Shown here: in pieces, positions 51,268 through 60,670 of the stretch
Layout of the letters: each line of letters begins with the position of its first letter
Numbering within the stretch: position 1 is the first letter of the stretch
Assembly (NCBI GenBank): GCA_963755915.1
Contig: CAVWLP010000002.1
Span: 1,664,001-1,728,000 of the forward strand
Length of the DNA stretch: 64,000 nt
Direction of reading: 5' to 3'
Origin: an uncultured Phycisphaerales bacterium
GTDB taxonomy: Bacteria > Planctomycetota > Phycisphaerae > Tepidisphaerales > Tepidisphaeraceae
Notes under the pieces: generated by a model
What the model saw: only the letters and a program-made list of their open reading frames with translations
Told to the model about the DNA's origin: nothing
The model's database searches: none
Made by a program: the position numbers and the translations under genes

Positions 51268-52461
51268 TCAGGACGCCTGGGCCTGGGCTTCGTCGCCGAT
51301 GGCCAGTTCGCGGAGCTTGGGCAGGAGGGTTTTGAGCGTCTCCGCCTGCGGGGAACTGGGGAAGCGCTGGAGAAGGTCCTGGGCTAGGTCGATGGCTTCG
51401 AAGAATTGGCGGCCGCGGATCAGCTCCTGGATGCGGCGTTCCTGCTCCTGTCGCTCTTCGATTTCCGCGTTTTCGCGGATGGTTTTGAGCTGGCTGCGGA
51501 TGGCGACGCTGCGCTTATGGCCGGGGGCGCATTCGAGAAGCTTGACGGCGTTTTCCATGGCCCGCCGCCAGAGGCGACGATCGATGTCGAGGCGGATCTC
51601 CTCGTAAAGCCGATTGGCGGTGTTTTCGACGTAGTTCTCGCGCTCGGCCATCACCCGCTGGAGCAATTGCCTGCCTTCTGCGTGGTTGGGGTAATTCTCG
51701 ACGAAGCGCGCCGTCTCGCTGTAAGCCTGGTCCCACGCCCAGACCGCCATGAGATTCTCGACGCGCTCCCGCAACTGCTCCATCGCCCCGACCTCGGCTT
51801 CCTTTTTGCCGGCCTCAAGCTGGGCCTTGAGCTGGGGAAGATCGGGATGATTGGGAAATTCGGTTTCCAATGAGACCAGCGCGTTTTCAACTGCGGCCCA
51901 TTCCTTGAGTTCGAGCAGCCGGCGCGTTTCGGTGAGATAGAAATTCTGTTTGTGCTTTTGCGACTCCGCGAAGCGCTGCTGCCGCTGGCTCTCATTCATC
52001 AGCGCCAGCTCGCGGATTTCGTGCAGGAGCGTCATCACCTGGTGAACGGTTTCCGGCATCGTCGCGCCGTGCATGGTGTCGGCCGGCGCCATGTCGGCGA
52101 GATTGGCCGGGCCATGGGCGGCCGCATCGCGCTGGCGATCGAGCAGGTCTTCGATTCCCGATTGCAGCCGCTGCATCGACTGGCGAAGCTCGGCAAGCGA
52201 TTGGTTGGTCTCTTTTGTGGCTTCGTCGGAGGGCCGGGCGGACATCAGCTCGGCAATTCCATACATCAGGACGCCGATGCCGATGAGGCCGAGGACGATC
52301 GCGACGGCTTCCATGAGCGCTGGAAGCCGGGCGGCGAGGGATTCATCGGGCCCGACCGGCATTCTGGCGACGCCATAGGCATCGAGAATCCCCAGGATCA
52401 CCCCGCCGATCAGTGAAAAAATCGCAAGCAACCGGAGAATGCCGGGTAGTTCTGGCTTCAT
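51268..52461 (-). CDS. Two-TM membrane protein with coiled-coil/TPR-like cytoplasmic region
   Basis: Two N-terminal TM helices; repeated W..A...L...FP.H helical units. Confidence 0.8.
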   Translation of the reverse strand: MKPELPGILRLLAIFSLIGGVILGILDAYGVARMPVGPDESLAARLPALMEAVAIVLGLIGIGVLMYGIAELMSARPSDEATKETNQSLAELRQSMQRLQSGIEDLLDRQRDAAAHGPANLADMAPADTMHGATMPETVHQVMTLLHEIRELALMNESQRQQRFAESQKHKQNFYLTETRRLLELKEWAAVENALVSLETEFPNHPDLPQLKAQLEAGKKEAEVGAMEQLRERVENLMAVWAWDQAYSETARFVENYPNHAEGRQLLQRVMAERENYVENTANRLYEEIRLDIDRRLWRRAMENAVKLLECAPGHKRSVAIRSQLKTIRENAEIEERQEQERRIQELIRGRQFFEAIDLAQDLLQRFPSSPQAETLKTLLPKLRELAIGDEAQAQAS

Positions 52462-52601
52462 GGGAACTTCCTTTCGGAAGGGGATTATAGCGGTTGGCGG
52501 GAAATTGTTTCAGGTCTAAATTTTGGCGAAGGGATTTAAGCTTATTTCAAATCGGGTCTACCCCGTATTGCGGGAGTGCACTGATTTTCGGCGCATCAGC
52601 G

Positions 52602-52740
52602 CCTTTTCCCCTCGCCCTGTACTCAGGGAGAGGGCAAGCGGGCGCAAGCCCGCGCGGGTGAGGGCCATGTGTACATCAGATTTCTTCCAAGGCCCTCACC
52701 CCGACCCTCTCCCGGAGTACCGGGCGAGGGGGTAAGAGGG
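52602..52740. repeat. Inverted pair of family A elements downstream of dnaB
   Basis: cccctcgccctgtactcagggagaggg...gggtgagggcc, then ggccctcaccccgaccctctcccggagtaccgggcgagggggtaagag. Confidence 0.85.
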
Positions 52741-52757
52741 AACATGCGATCTCCCTG

Positions 52758-54116
52758 CTATTGGAACGGATCCACCGCCCGGCTCAGGTTCTCAAACCTC
52801 GTGGTTTTGCTCGAGAACGTCAGCTTGATCGTCCCCGTCGGCCCATTGCGCTGCTTGGCGACGATGACCTCCGCGATGTTATCCGGCTGGAAATCCGGCT
52901 CGCTCATGCGGTAATAATCCTCGCGATGCAGCAGCAGGACCACGTCCGCGTCCTGCTCGATGCTGCCCGATTCGCGCAGGTCGCTCATGCGCGGCCGATG
53001 GCCGTCGCGGCCTTCGGTGGCGCGGTTAAGCTGCGAGAGGCAAATCACCGGCACGTTCAGCTCGCGGGCAATCGATTTCATGGCGCGGGAGATTTCGCTG
53101 ATCTGCTGCTGGCGGCTCTCGGAGCCGGGGTTGTGCATGAGCTGCATGTAATCGACCATGATGCACTTCACGTCGTGCTTGAGCTTCAGCCGGCGGGCCT
53201 TGGCGCGAAGTTCCAGGGGCGTCATGCCGGCCGAGTCGTCGACCCAGATCGGGGCTTTGGAGAGTCCCTCGACCGTCTGGGCGAGCTGATGATATTCCGG
53301 CGCGCTCAGCATCCCCCGCCGGACCTTCTGCGCGTCGATGTTCGCCCGCGAGCACATCAAGCGCTGGGCCAACTGCTGCTTGCTCATTTCCAGCGAGAAA
53401 ACGCCGCAGCAAATCTGCGTGTTGGCGGCGATGTGCTCGACGATGTTCATCGCGAAGGCGGTTTTTCCCATGGAGGGGCGGGCAGCGACGATAATCAGCT
53501 CGCCGTTTTGCAGGCCGTTGAGCATGTCGTCCAGCTCGAAGAATCCGCATTCGACTCCGCGGCGGCCCTTATCTTCGAGCATTTCATAAACTTCGTGGGC
53601 GATTTGCCCCAGGCTGCTGATCGATCCGGAGGCTTTTTTTTCGGCGATCTGGAAGATCCGCCGCTCGGCCTTGTCGAGGACCAGGTCGGCTTCCTCATGC
53701 GGGGCGTAGGCGTCGCGAAGGATTTCGTTGCTGGCTTCGATCAGTTGCCGGAGCACCGACTTTTCGCGGACGATTCCGGCGTAGTGCATCCCATGGGCGG
53801 CGGAGGGAACGCTGTTGAGAATCTGCGCGATGTATTCGGCTCCGCCGACTTCTTCCAGCAGGTGGCGCTTGACCAGCTCCTCGAAGAGGATCACCGAATC
53901 GATCGGGCGATTGGCTTCATAAAGCTTGAGCAGCACGTCGAAAATGATCTGATGATCCGGCTGGCAGAACGAATCCCGCGTGATAACCGCGAGCGCCTGC
54001 CCGATCATGTCCTTGTCCAGCATCATGGACGCCAGGACGCACATTTCGGCTTCGATGGAATGGGGAGGCAGGCGATCGAACTGACGTGCTACCGAAGGAT
54101 CAATTAACTGGCTCAT
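52758..54116 (-). CDS. dnaB: Replicative DNA helicase
   Basis: PPHSIEAE, AARPSMGKT, FSLEM, DYMQLM, SQLNR, SDLRESGSIEQDAD, KQRNGPTG. Confidence 0.98.
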   Translation of the reverse strand: MSQLIDPSVARQFDRLPPHSIEAEMCVLASMMLDKDMIGQALAVITRDSFCQPDHQIIFDVLLKLYEANRPIDSVILFEELVKRHLLEEVGGAEYIAQILNSVPSAAHGMHYAGIVREKSVLRQLIEASNEILRDAYAPHEEADLVLDKAERRIFQIAEKKASGSISSLGQIAHEVYEMLEDKGRRGVECGFFELDDMLNGLQNGELIIVAARPSMGKTAFAMNIVEHIAANTQICCGVFSLEMSKQQLAQRLMCSRANIDAQKVRRGMLSAPEYHQLAQTVEGLSKAPIWVDDSAGMTPLELRAKARRLKLKHDVKCIMVDYMQLMHNPGSESRQQQISEISRAMKSIARELNVPVICLSQLNRATEGRDGHRPRMSDLRESGSIEQDADVVLLLHREDYYRMSEPDFQPDNIAEVIVAKQRNGPTGTIKLTFSSKTTRFENLSRAVDPFQ

Positions 54117-54226
54117 TGCAGGATTCCCTTCCCGTTGCGAAATCCGTTCAAATTTTTACAACCTGAAAATATGGTAACCGTCGATGGGCGGTTTACAAGA
54201 TTTTTGAACAGCCAATAAAGAGTGAG

Positions 54227-54303
54227 AACCGCGGATTACGCGGATGGGCGCGGATTTAAAAGGCGTTTTCCGTTATCCGTGCCCATCCGTGTAATCCGCG
54301 GTT
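54227..54303. repeat. Long imperfect palindrome built from CGGAT/ATCCG units
   Basis: aaccgcggattacgcggatgggcgcggat ... atccgtgcccatccgtgtaatccgcggtt. Confidence 0.85.
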
Positions 54304-54336
54304 TTATTCTTTTCGCAGCCCATTCAGCCGGCACCA

Positions 54337-54385
54337 TAAAACAAAAATGCCGGCGGAAGCAGAAGTTGCTTCGCAACCGGCAAGT
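54337..54385 (-). terminator. Probable terminator after rplI
   Basis: Minus strand tgccggttgcgaagc-aacttct-gcttccgccggca followed by tttttgtttt. Confidence 0.6.
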
Positions 54386-54431
54386 TTTGCACCGGCGATT
54401 AACAATCCGGCCTTGAAACAATTCAACAGAT

Positions 54432-54971
54432 CTATCGCCGCACGTTCTCGAAATTGCTCGGCGCCGGCGGTTCCGCTGCCTTTGCCTTGGCTGACGCGTC
54501 GATGGCGGCCTTGCTCTCCGCATCGGGGGCGACCCAGACTTTCAGGTCGCTCTCCAGCCCCTCCGCCAGATGAATCTTCACGACGTATTTTTCGATCCGA
54601 TCGAGCTTGCCGGGCAGATAGACGTCGTCGGGATTGATATTGAATCCCTGGCCCTGCAGCGCCTTGGAAATATCGGTGGCGGTGACGGAGCCGAACAGAT
54701 GCCCCTGCTCGTTGGCCTTGCGTTCCAGCGTCACCTCGACGCCGACGAGCTGCTTGATGAGGGATTCCTGCTGATCGCGGCGTTCGCGCTCCTGCCGCTC
54801 GATCTCTTTTCGCCGGGCCTCGATCCGCTTCATGTTGGCCGGTGTCGGTTCGACCGCCAGGCCCTTGGGCAGCAGGCAATTCCTGGCATAGCCGGGCGAG
54901 ACTTCGACCACGTCGCCGACTTTGCCGACGTTCTTAATGCTTTCGTTGAGCAACAATTTTACGTTTGGCAT
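54432..54971 (-). CDS. rplI: 50S ribosomal protein L9
   Basis: GKVGDVVEVSPGYARNCLLPKGLA, GHLFGSVT. Confidence 0.97.
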   Translation of the reverse strand: MPNVKLLLNESIKNVGKVGDVVEVSPGYARNCLLPKGLAVEPTPANMKRIEARRKEIERQERERRDQQESLIKQLVGVEVTLERKANEQGHLFGSVTATDISKALQGQGFNINPDDVYLPGKLDRIEKYVVKIHLAEGLESDLKVWVAPDAESKAAIDASAKAKAAEPPAPSNFENVRR

Positions 54972-54982
54972 GGTTAGATCCT

Positions 54983-55504
54983 TTAAAACGGGATATCGCT
55001 ATCGTTGAAATGCTTTTCGTCCCCCATGGGCGGCTCTTGGGGCGCCGACTCTTCCGCCGGGGGCGGCGCCGGCCGCTGACCGCGCTGGGGAGGCCTGCCG
55101 GCCGGGCGGCTTTGATCGTCCCCCGAATCGGGGCCACCGCCACTTGCGCCGCCACCTCCACCGCCGCCTTCGCGTCCGCCGAGAAATTGAAAATTCTCGA
55201 CGACGACCCTCAATTTGCTGCGCTTTCCGCCGCCCTGCTTGTCTTCCCATTCATCCAGCTTCAGCCGGCCCTCGACGTAGAGCAGCTTTCCCTTCTGGCA
55301 ATACTGATTGATGACTTCCGCGGTTCGGCCGAAGGCGTTGCAATCGACGAAGCAGACCTCTTCGCGGTCCTCGCCGCTGGCGGCCTTGAACTTGCGATTC
55401 ATCGCCAGCCCGAATTCCACGACCGCCGTCTGGCTCGGCAGATATTTAAGCTGCGGATCGCGGGTGAGGTTTCCGACGAGGATGACTTTATTAACACTGG
55501 CCAT
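54983..55504 (-). CDS. ssb: Single-stranded DNA-binding protein
   Basis: VNKVILVGNLTRDP...DIPF. Confidence 0.97.
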   Translation of the reverse strand: MASVNKVILVGNLTRDPQLKYLPSQTAVVEFGLAMNRKFKAASGEDREEVCFVDCNAFGRTAEVINQYCQKGKLLYVEGRLKLDEWEDKQGGGKRSKLRVVVENFQFLGGREGGGGGGGASGGGPDSGDDQSRPAGRPPQRGQRPAPPPAEESAPQEPPMGDEKHFNDSDIPF

Positions 55505-55526
55505 AGATCACCTGATTGTGTGAATT

Positions 55527-56018
55527 TTATTCCTTGCCGACGGCTTCGGGCGATTCCTCGCCCCGGCCGCTGCGCGGCGGCCGATCCCGGTCGCGGCGCG
55601 GGCCCGACGGGCGGTCTTCCCATTGCGGGCGGTCCCAGGGATTCCGCTCTTCGCGCGGAATGATGGGCTGCGGTTCGACGGCCGCCATCTCATCGGCGTT
55701 GAGATGATCGGCTTTGGTGACCATCACGCGAAGGATGTCGTCGCTGAGGTTCACGTCGCGCTCGATTGCGGCGATGGCCGGCGGCGGCGCCGTGAAAAAC
55801 GCGATGATGTAGAGCCCGCGCTTTTCCCCGCGGATCTCATACGCCAGCTTGCGCTCGTCCCATTTCTTGAGGACGATGACCTTGCCCTCGTGCCGCTCGA
55901 CGATGCCGCGGACGACTTTCGTCGCCGCATCGATGTCGGTCGCGTGCGCCGAGCCGAGCAGGAACATCGCCTCGTAGGTACCCGCGGCTTTTTCTTCTGT
56001 CTTCTTCGCTTTCGCCAT
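55527..56018 (-). CDS. rpsF: 30S ribosomal protein S6
   Basis: YEAMFL, WDERKLAYEI..EKRGLY, ILRVMV. Confidence 0.95.
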   Translation of the reverse strand: MAKAKKTEEKAAGTYEAMFLLGSAHATDIDAATKVVRGIVERHEGKVIVLKKWDERKLAYEIRGEKRGLYIIAFFTAPPPAIAAIERDVNLSDDILRVMVTKADHLNADEMAAVEPQPIIPREERNPWDRPQWEDRPSGPRRDRDRPPRSGRGEESPEAVGKE

Positions 56019-56022
56019 AAAA

Positions 56023-56647
56023 TCACGACTCCTTATTGTCGCCTGAATCAGCGTTAAATAAACTCATGACCGTTTCAATATCTTTTTCAATCCATGTCAA
56101 AATTGCCGAAGCCGCCCGTGGCAGCGCCGCATCGACGGCCTTCCGCTGCTCGGGGCTGAACCTTCCCAGGACATAATCGCGTCCCGGAATCCGCGGGGGC
56201 GCCGGATCAATCCCGATCCGCAACCGCGGGTAGGCATCCGTGCCGACGGCCCGCTCGATGTCCTTCAATCCGTTGTGCCCGCCGCTGCTGCCGCCGGAAC
56301 GAATCCGAATCTTCCCGGCCGGCAGGGCCAGATCGTCGAGCACTACCATCATTTCCTTCGGCGCGAGCTGATAAAACTGCCATCGCCGCCTGCACCGATC
56401 GGCCGCTGTCGTTCATATAGGTCGTCGGCTTCAGCAGCAGCAGTTTCTCATATCCGCCGCTGTGAACCGGCGCCGATCCATCCAGCGCCAGTCCGTTGAA
56501 ATTACTTTTTCCCAGTCGGTTAAATTCCTCTTTCTTCGAAATCCATCCGAGCCGAACGGCCAGTTCATCCACGGCTTCCCAGCCAATGTTATGCCGGGTG
56601 CCGTTAAACTCACTGCCCGGATTACCAAGACCGACGACCAGGCGCAT
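56023..56647 (-). CDS. pth: Peptidyl-tRNA hydrolase (frameshift near 56375)
   Basis: VVGLGNPG..TRHNIG, KPTTYMNDSG, DDLALP, SSGGHNGLK, RLRIGI, DYVLGRF. Confidence 0.95.
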
Positions 56648-56650
56648 CGC

Positions 56651-57334
56651 TTACTTCTTTTCCTTGCGGCTTCCGCGGCCGGCGCTTCGCCCGCGGCCGC
56701 CTCACCTTCCTCGCCTTCAGCCGGCTTGCGGCCGATGACTTCAGGCTCCGCCGCCCCTTCCTCAGGCGCCGCCACAACCACTTCCAGGATCTCCTTCACC
56801 GTGGCGACGATCAGATCGCCATCCTGAAGCACGCGCACGCCCTCGGGAAGCTTCAGATCCTGAATGTGAACGACGTCGTTCAGCGCCATCTCCGAAACAA
56901 TGTGGCGGATCACCTCGGGGATTTCCGTGACCAGGCATTCCACTTCCAGCGAATTGATGATCTGTTGAAGCACCCCGCCGTCGGCTTCGCCCTTGGGCGT
57001 CCCCTTGAGCTCCACCGGAACAGTCACCTTCACCTTTTCGTCAAGGCTCACGCGCGCGAAATCGACGTGGATCACCTCGATGCCCAGGTGATCGAACTGC
57101 ACTTCCTTCACCAGCACCTTTTCGCTTTTGCCGTCGAGAGCCAGATCGAACAGGTGCGCCCCGTGATTCAGATGATCGACGACTTCCTTTCGCGGAAGAC
57201 GTCACGGGAACGATGGCTTCCTTGTGCCCATAAATCACGCCGGGAAGAACGCCCGACTCCCGCAAACGTCGGTTGGCCCGGCTTCCCAGCTCGCTGCGGG
57301 GCTTGGCGGTCACTTGTGCGCTTTTTACTGCCAT
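56651..57334 (-). CDS. rplY: 50S ribosomal protein L25/CTC (frameshifts)
   Basis: GSRANRRLRESGVLPGVIYGHK, VKEVQFD..IHVDFARV, EPEVI. Confidence 0.93.
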
Positions 57335-57358
57335 TGCTGTCTCCTCGAAAAAACTCGC

Positions 57359-58337
57359 TTAAAATCCGTTGGAATCCTTCTTGAACAGTTCGCTGATGCT
57401 CTGGTTGTGGTGAATACGCTGGATCGCCTCGCCGACCAAACCGGCAACGCTCAGCTCCACGAGCCGGTCCTTGATCGTGTCCGCCCGGCTTCCCAGCGGG
57501 ATGGTGTCGGTGACCGCCAGCTTGGTGAACTGGCAATCCGCCAGCCGCTCCATCGCCGGCGGGGCGAAAACCGCGTGCGTCGCCGCGATGTAGATGTCCT
57601 TCGCGCCGTTCTGGCGGAGCACCTGGCACGCGGTCGTGACGGTGCCGCCGGTGGTGATCATGTCGTCGACGATGAGTACGTTTTTGCCCTGCAACATCGC
57701 CGATGACGTGCTTGGCTTCGGTGACGGTGCCGCTCTTGCGGCGTTTATCGATGAAGCAAAGTTCGCCGTTGAGAAGCTCGGCATAAACCTGCGCCCGCTT
57801 CACGTTGCCCACGTCCGGGCTGACGAACACGCGATTGGCGAGCTTCAAGCTCCTGAACCATTTTCCCAGCACCGGCCCGGCGTTGAGATGATCGACGGGA
57901 ATATCAAAAAATCCCTGCACCTGCGCCGCATGCAGATCGACCGCCACCACGCGATCGGCCCCGGCGCGCTCGACAAGATTGGCCACCAGCTTGGCGGTGA
58001 TCGGCGTGCGGCCGGCATGCTTCTGGTCCTGCCGGGCATATCCGAAATACGGAATCACCGCCGTCACCCGCTGGCGCTGGCCCGGCGAAGCGTGTCGATC
58101 CAGATGAACAGCTCCATCAGGTGCGCATTAATCGGATGACACGTCGGCTGGACGATGAAGCAGTCGCGGCCGCGCACGTCTTCCTCCACGCGAACGATCA
58201 GCTCCCCGTCCGGAAACAGTTCCGTCCCCCCTCGGCCAAGCGGAATCTGCAGATAGTCGCAGATCTTCTGCGCCAACTGCGGATTGGCCCGGCCGGTGAA
58301 AACTTTAAGACTGGTCTGGATCGGCTTTTGTTCCCAT
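57359..58337 (-). CDS. prs: Ribose-phosphate pyrophosphokinase (frameshifts)
   Basis: FPDGE..VRGRD, LMEL, VIPYFGYARQD, DLHAAQVQGFFD, VSPDVG, IVDDMITTGGT. Confidence 0.95.
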
Positions 58338-58350
58338 GGTCGTTTCCGCG

Positions 58351-59302
58351 TCAAATGCTTCCAGTGACCCTGGTTCCCTCCGGCACGATGCTCCCGCGCG
58401 GCAAATTGGCGAACGGGCCGATCACGCAATCGGCGCCGATCGTGCTGTCGCGGCCGATGAACGAGAACGGCGCGAATCACCGTATCCGGGCCGACGCTGA
58501 CGCCCGCCTCGACATACGTATTGAAGCTGCTGACAATCGTCACGCCGCTTTCGCGAATGGCCCGCTGAATGCGTTCCTGCATGGCGGCGTCCGCCTCCGC
58601 AAGCTGCTGCCGCGTATTGGGTGCGATCACATCTTCCGCCGTGACGGCCTGCACCGCAATCACTTTTTTCCCCGCCTTGCGCAGGATGGCGTAAATATCC
58701 GTCAGGTAATATTCGCCTTTCTTATTCGTGGTTTGTCAGCTTCGACAGCGCCAGCAGCAGGTCCTCGGTGCGGACGCAGTAATAGCTGGGGAAAACCTCG
58801 CGGATTTCGCGCTGCTGGTCGGTGCAGTCGATCTGCTCGACGATTTCGATGAATTCCCCTTTCTCGTCGCGGATGATCCGGCCATAGCCGGTGGGGTCGT
58901 CGAGGATCGCCGTCGCCATGCTGGCCGCGGCCCGGTCGTCATGATGGGCGGCGACCAGCGTCCGCAGGATTTCCGCTCGGATCAGCGGCGTATCGCCGGC
59001 CAGCAGCAAAACGTCCCCACTGTGGCCGCGAAGCAGCGGCTCGCACATCCGGGCGGCGTGCCCGGTGCCAAGCTGCTCAGTCTGCTCGACGAAATGAATC
59101 CGCTTGTCCTTGCCAAATTGCTCGATAATTTCGTCCTTGCCATGCCCGACCACGACCAGAGCGCGACTGACATCCGCCGCGAAGCACGCGTCGAGGATCC
59201 ACCCCAGCATCGGCTTGCCGCACACTTCATGCAGCGGCTTGGGCCGCGCGATTTCATCCGCGTGGATTTGCCCGCGGCGAGGATGATGGCTGTTAGACTC
59301 AT
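58351..59302 (-). CDS. glmU: Short GlmU-like protein: uridyltransferase plus brief hexapeptide stretch (frameshifts)
   Basis: ILAAGKSTRMKS, EQLGTGHA, GDTPLI, DPTGYGRIIR, EYYLTD, NTRQQLAEA, GVTI..VSVGPDTVI..CVIGPFA..; stop at 58351. Confidence 0.85.
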
Positions 59303-59307
59303 AAAGC

Positions 59308-59434
59308 GAAAATCCGAAATCCGAAACCAGAATTCCGAATCAAATCCGAATGACGAAACCCGAATTGGTGGCATTCATTCGGTTATTCGGGTTTCGGGTT
59401 TGATTCGTCATTCGAGTTTCGGGCTTCTGGTTTC
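59308..59434. repeat. Heptamer-based (GAAATCC/TTTCGGG-like) inverted repeat array
   Basis: gaaatccgaaatccgaaaccagaattccgaatcaaatccgaatgacgaaacccgaa ... ttcgggtttcgggtttgattcgtcattcgagtttcgggcttctggtttc. Confidence 0.8.
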
Positions 59435-59454
59435 CCGGCCCGGTCGGCCGGTCT

Positions 59455-59525
59455 CTACCCGGCCTGGATTCGAACCAGGACAAAGAGAACCAAAATCTCT
59501 TGTGCTACCGTTACACCACCGGGTA
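59455..59525 (-). tRNA. tRNA-Gln(TTG)
   Basis: TACCCGG/CCGGGTA acceptor stem, anticodon loop TTTTGGT, TTCGAAT T-loop. Confidence 0.97.
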
Positions 59526-59616
59526 ATAAGCGAATGGCGACAACCGGACCGGGGGATCGGACGCTAAAATGGCCCAACCTCGGGATTCGACGTGACCGTT
59601 CGCGGAAAATCGCAGA

Positions 59617-59725
59617 CTTCTCCCAGGAGCACCCGCCGGTTTAAACCGCGAATTCCGGCCGGTTACGTCTACCCATCCGGCAACGCGCCGGACCTCTCAA
59701 CGAACGCCCCATCGTGGGGGAGAAA
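59617..59725 (-). ncRNA. Candidate structured RNA (6S-like or leader) upstream of tRNA-Gln
   Basis: Long closing stem UUCUCCC..GGGGCGUUCGUUG / CGGCGGGUGCUCC-UGGGAGAA with internal hairpins; begins just downstream of a sigma70-like promoter. Confidence 0.5.
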
Positions 59726-59730
59726 CCGGA

Positions 59731-59758
59731 ATGGTACGGGTAGCCCTTCCCGTGTCAA
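59731..59758 (-). promoter_or_regulatory. Sigma70-type promoter
   Basis: TTGACA-16 nt-TACCAT on the minus strand, heading the tRNA-Gln/glmU cluster. Confidence 0.7.
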
Positions 59759-59838
59759 GGTTGGCTAATTACCCAAAAAATGCCATCCCCCCGTTTGACT
59801 CCTCGTCAAATCAATGCCGATATGCTAGTTAAATAGCC

Positions 59839-60366
59839 ATGAAAGGCATCGCATTAACGCTATTGGCCGCGCTGCTTCTCGCCCCCGGCGGGGTGGTGCG
59901 GGGGGATGACGATTCGTCGGTTACCTTTAAGAGCTCCAATGGGCAGGTCCAGCTCACCATGCCCGAGGGATGGGTCCAGCAGCAGTCGAGCAATTCCACC
60001 GCGGCCATCGAAGCCCGCAACGACGATTACGACGCCTTCGTGATGGTCCTCATCGAGGACCGCGACGATCCCTACGCGGCACTGGAGGATTACGCCAACA
60101 GCCGGCGCGATGAGGTGCTCTCGCACCTGGTCAAGTCGAAATGCTCAGACGCCGAGTCGCTTGACATGAATGGCAACAAGGCCATCCGCTTCGAAATCCA
60201 CGGCACTTCCGCCAAATCGCAGGAAGACTTCGGGTATTTCCTGTGCATCGTTCAGATGCGGCATCATTACGTGGAAGTGGTTTCCTGGTCGCCGGAGAGA
60301 AGCTTCCCGGCCAATGCCCCGGTGCTGAGGTCGGCGGTGAAGAATGTGGGGTATAACGAGCAGTAG
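59839..60366 (+). CDS. Secreted hypothetical protein (possibly PsbP/DcrB-like fold)
   Basis: Signal peptide; QLTMPEGW, NGNKAIRFE patterns. Confidence 0.75.
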   Translation: MKGIALTLLAALLLAPGGVVRGDDDSSVTFKSSNGQVQLTMPEGWVQQQSSNSTAAIEARNDDYDAFVMVLIEDRDDPYAALEDYANSRRDEVLSHLVKSKCSDAESLDMNGNKAIRFEIHGTSAKSQEDFGYFLCIVQMRHHYVEVVSWSPERSFPANAPVLRSAVKNVGYNEQ

Positions 60367-60387
60367 GGGTGGGGTATACTATAGATC

Positions 60388-60489
60388 ATGTCGTCAACGA
60401 TCAGACAGACTGTGACGGTTCAGCCGGGCGGTTTGGTCGAGATCCGTTCTCCCGAACTTCGCGAGGGGGACCAGGCCGAAGCCCAGTAG
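60388..60489 (+). pseudogene. Truncated small gene (antitoxin-like N-terminus) cut by a GTAG element
   Basis: MSSTIRQTVTVQPGGLVEIRSPELREGDQAEAQ*; the stop TAG is the GTAG of the repeat. Confidence 0.55.
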
Positions 60490-60599
60490 GGTGGGCGTAC
60501 TCGCCCATCGTCTCAGTGCGCATTGCGCCCGAAATGCCGTCCGACGAAATTGCAAAGTCCGCGGCCGAGTAATCCAAACGGCCGTTACTCCCACCCTAC
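60486..60599 (+). mobile_element. REPIN/MITE-like GTAG element, copy 1
   Basis: GTAGGGTGGGcgtactcGCCCA...ttactCCCACCCTAC terminal inverted repeats. Confidence 0.8.
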
Positions 60600-60670
60600 A
60601 TGACCGGCTTGATCGCGAAAACGTACACGAATATCGCGTGCCCGCCATAGCTAGCGGAAACAAAGACGGC

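Noticed and set aside
54971-55527. Missing rpsR between ssb and rplI as a novelty
   Set aside because: rpsR relocation is a common rearrangement; nothing suggests loss of function.
56023-59302. Frameshifts in pth, rplY, prs and glmU (also pafA, the Clp fusion, lyase, GH36, GT41 and methyltransferase) as pseudogenes or programmed frameshifts
   Set aside because: They hit essential genes, are scattered single-base indels and show no slippery motifs or other decay; most likely long-read consensus errors. Read polishing would settle it.
59617-59725. SRP RNA, 5S rRNA or tRNA identity for the structured RNA
   Set aside because: It lacks the SRP GGAA/AGCAG domain, the 5S conserved motifs and a cloverleaf.
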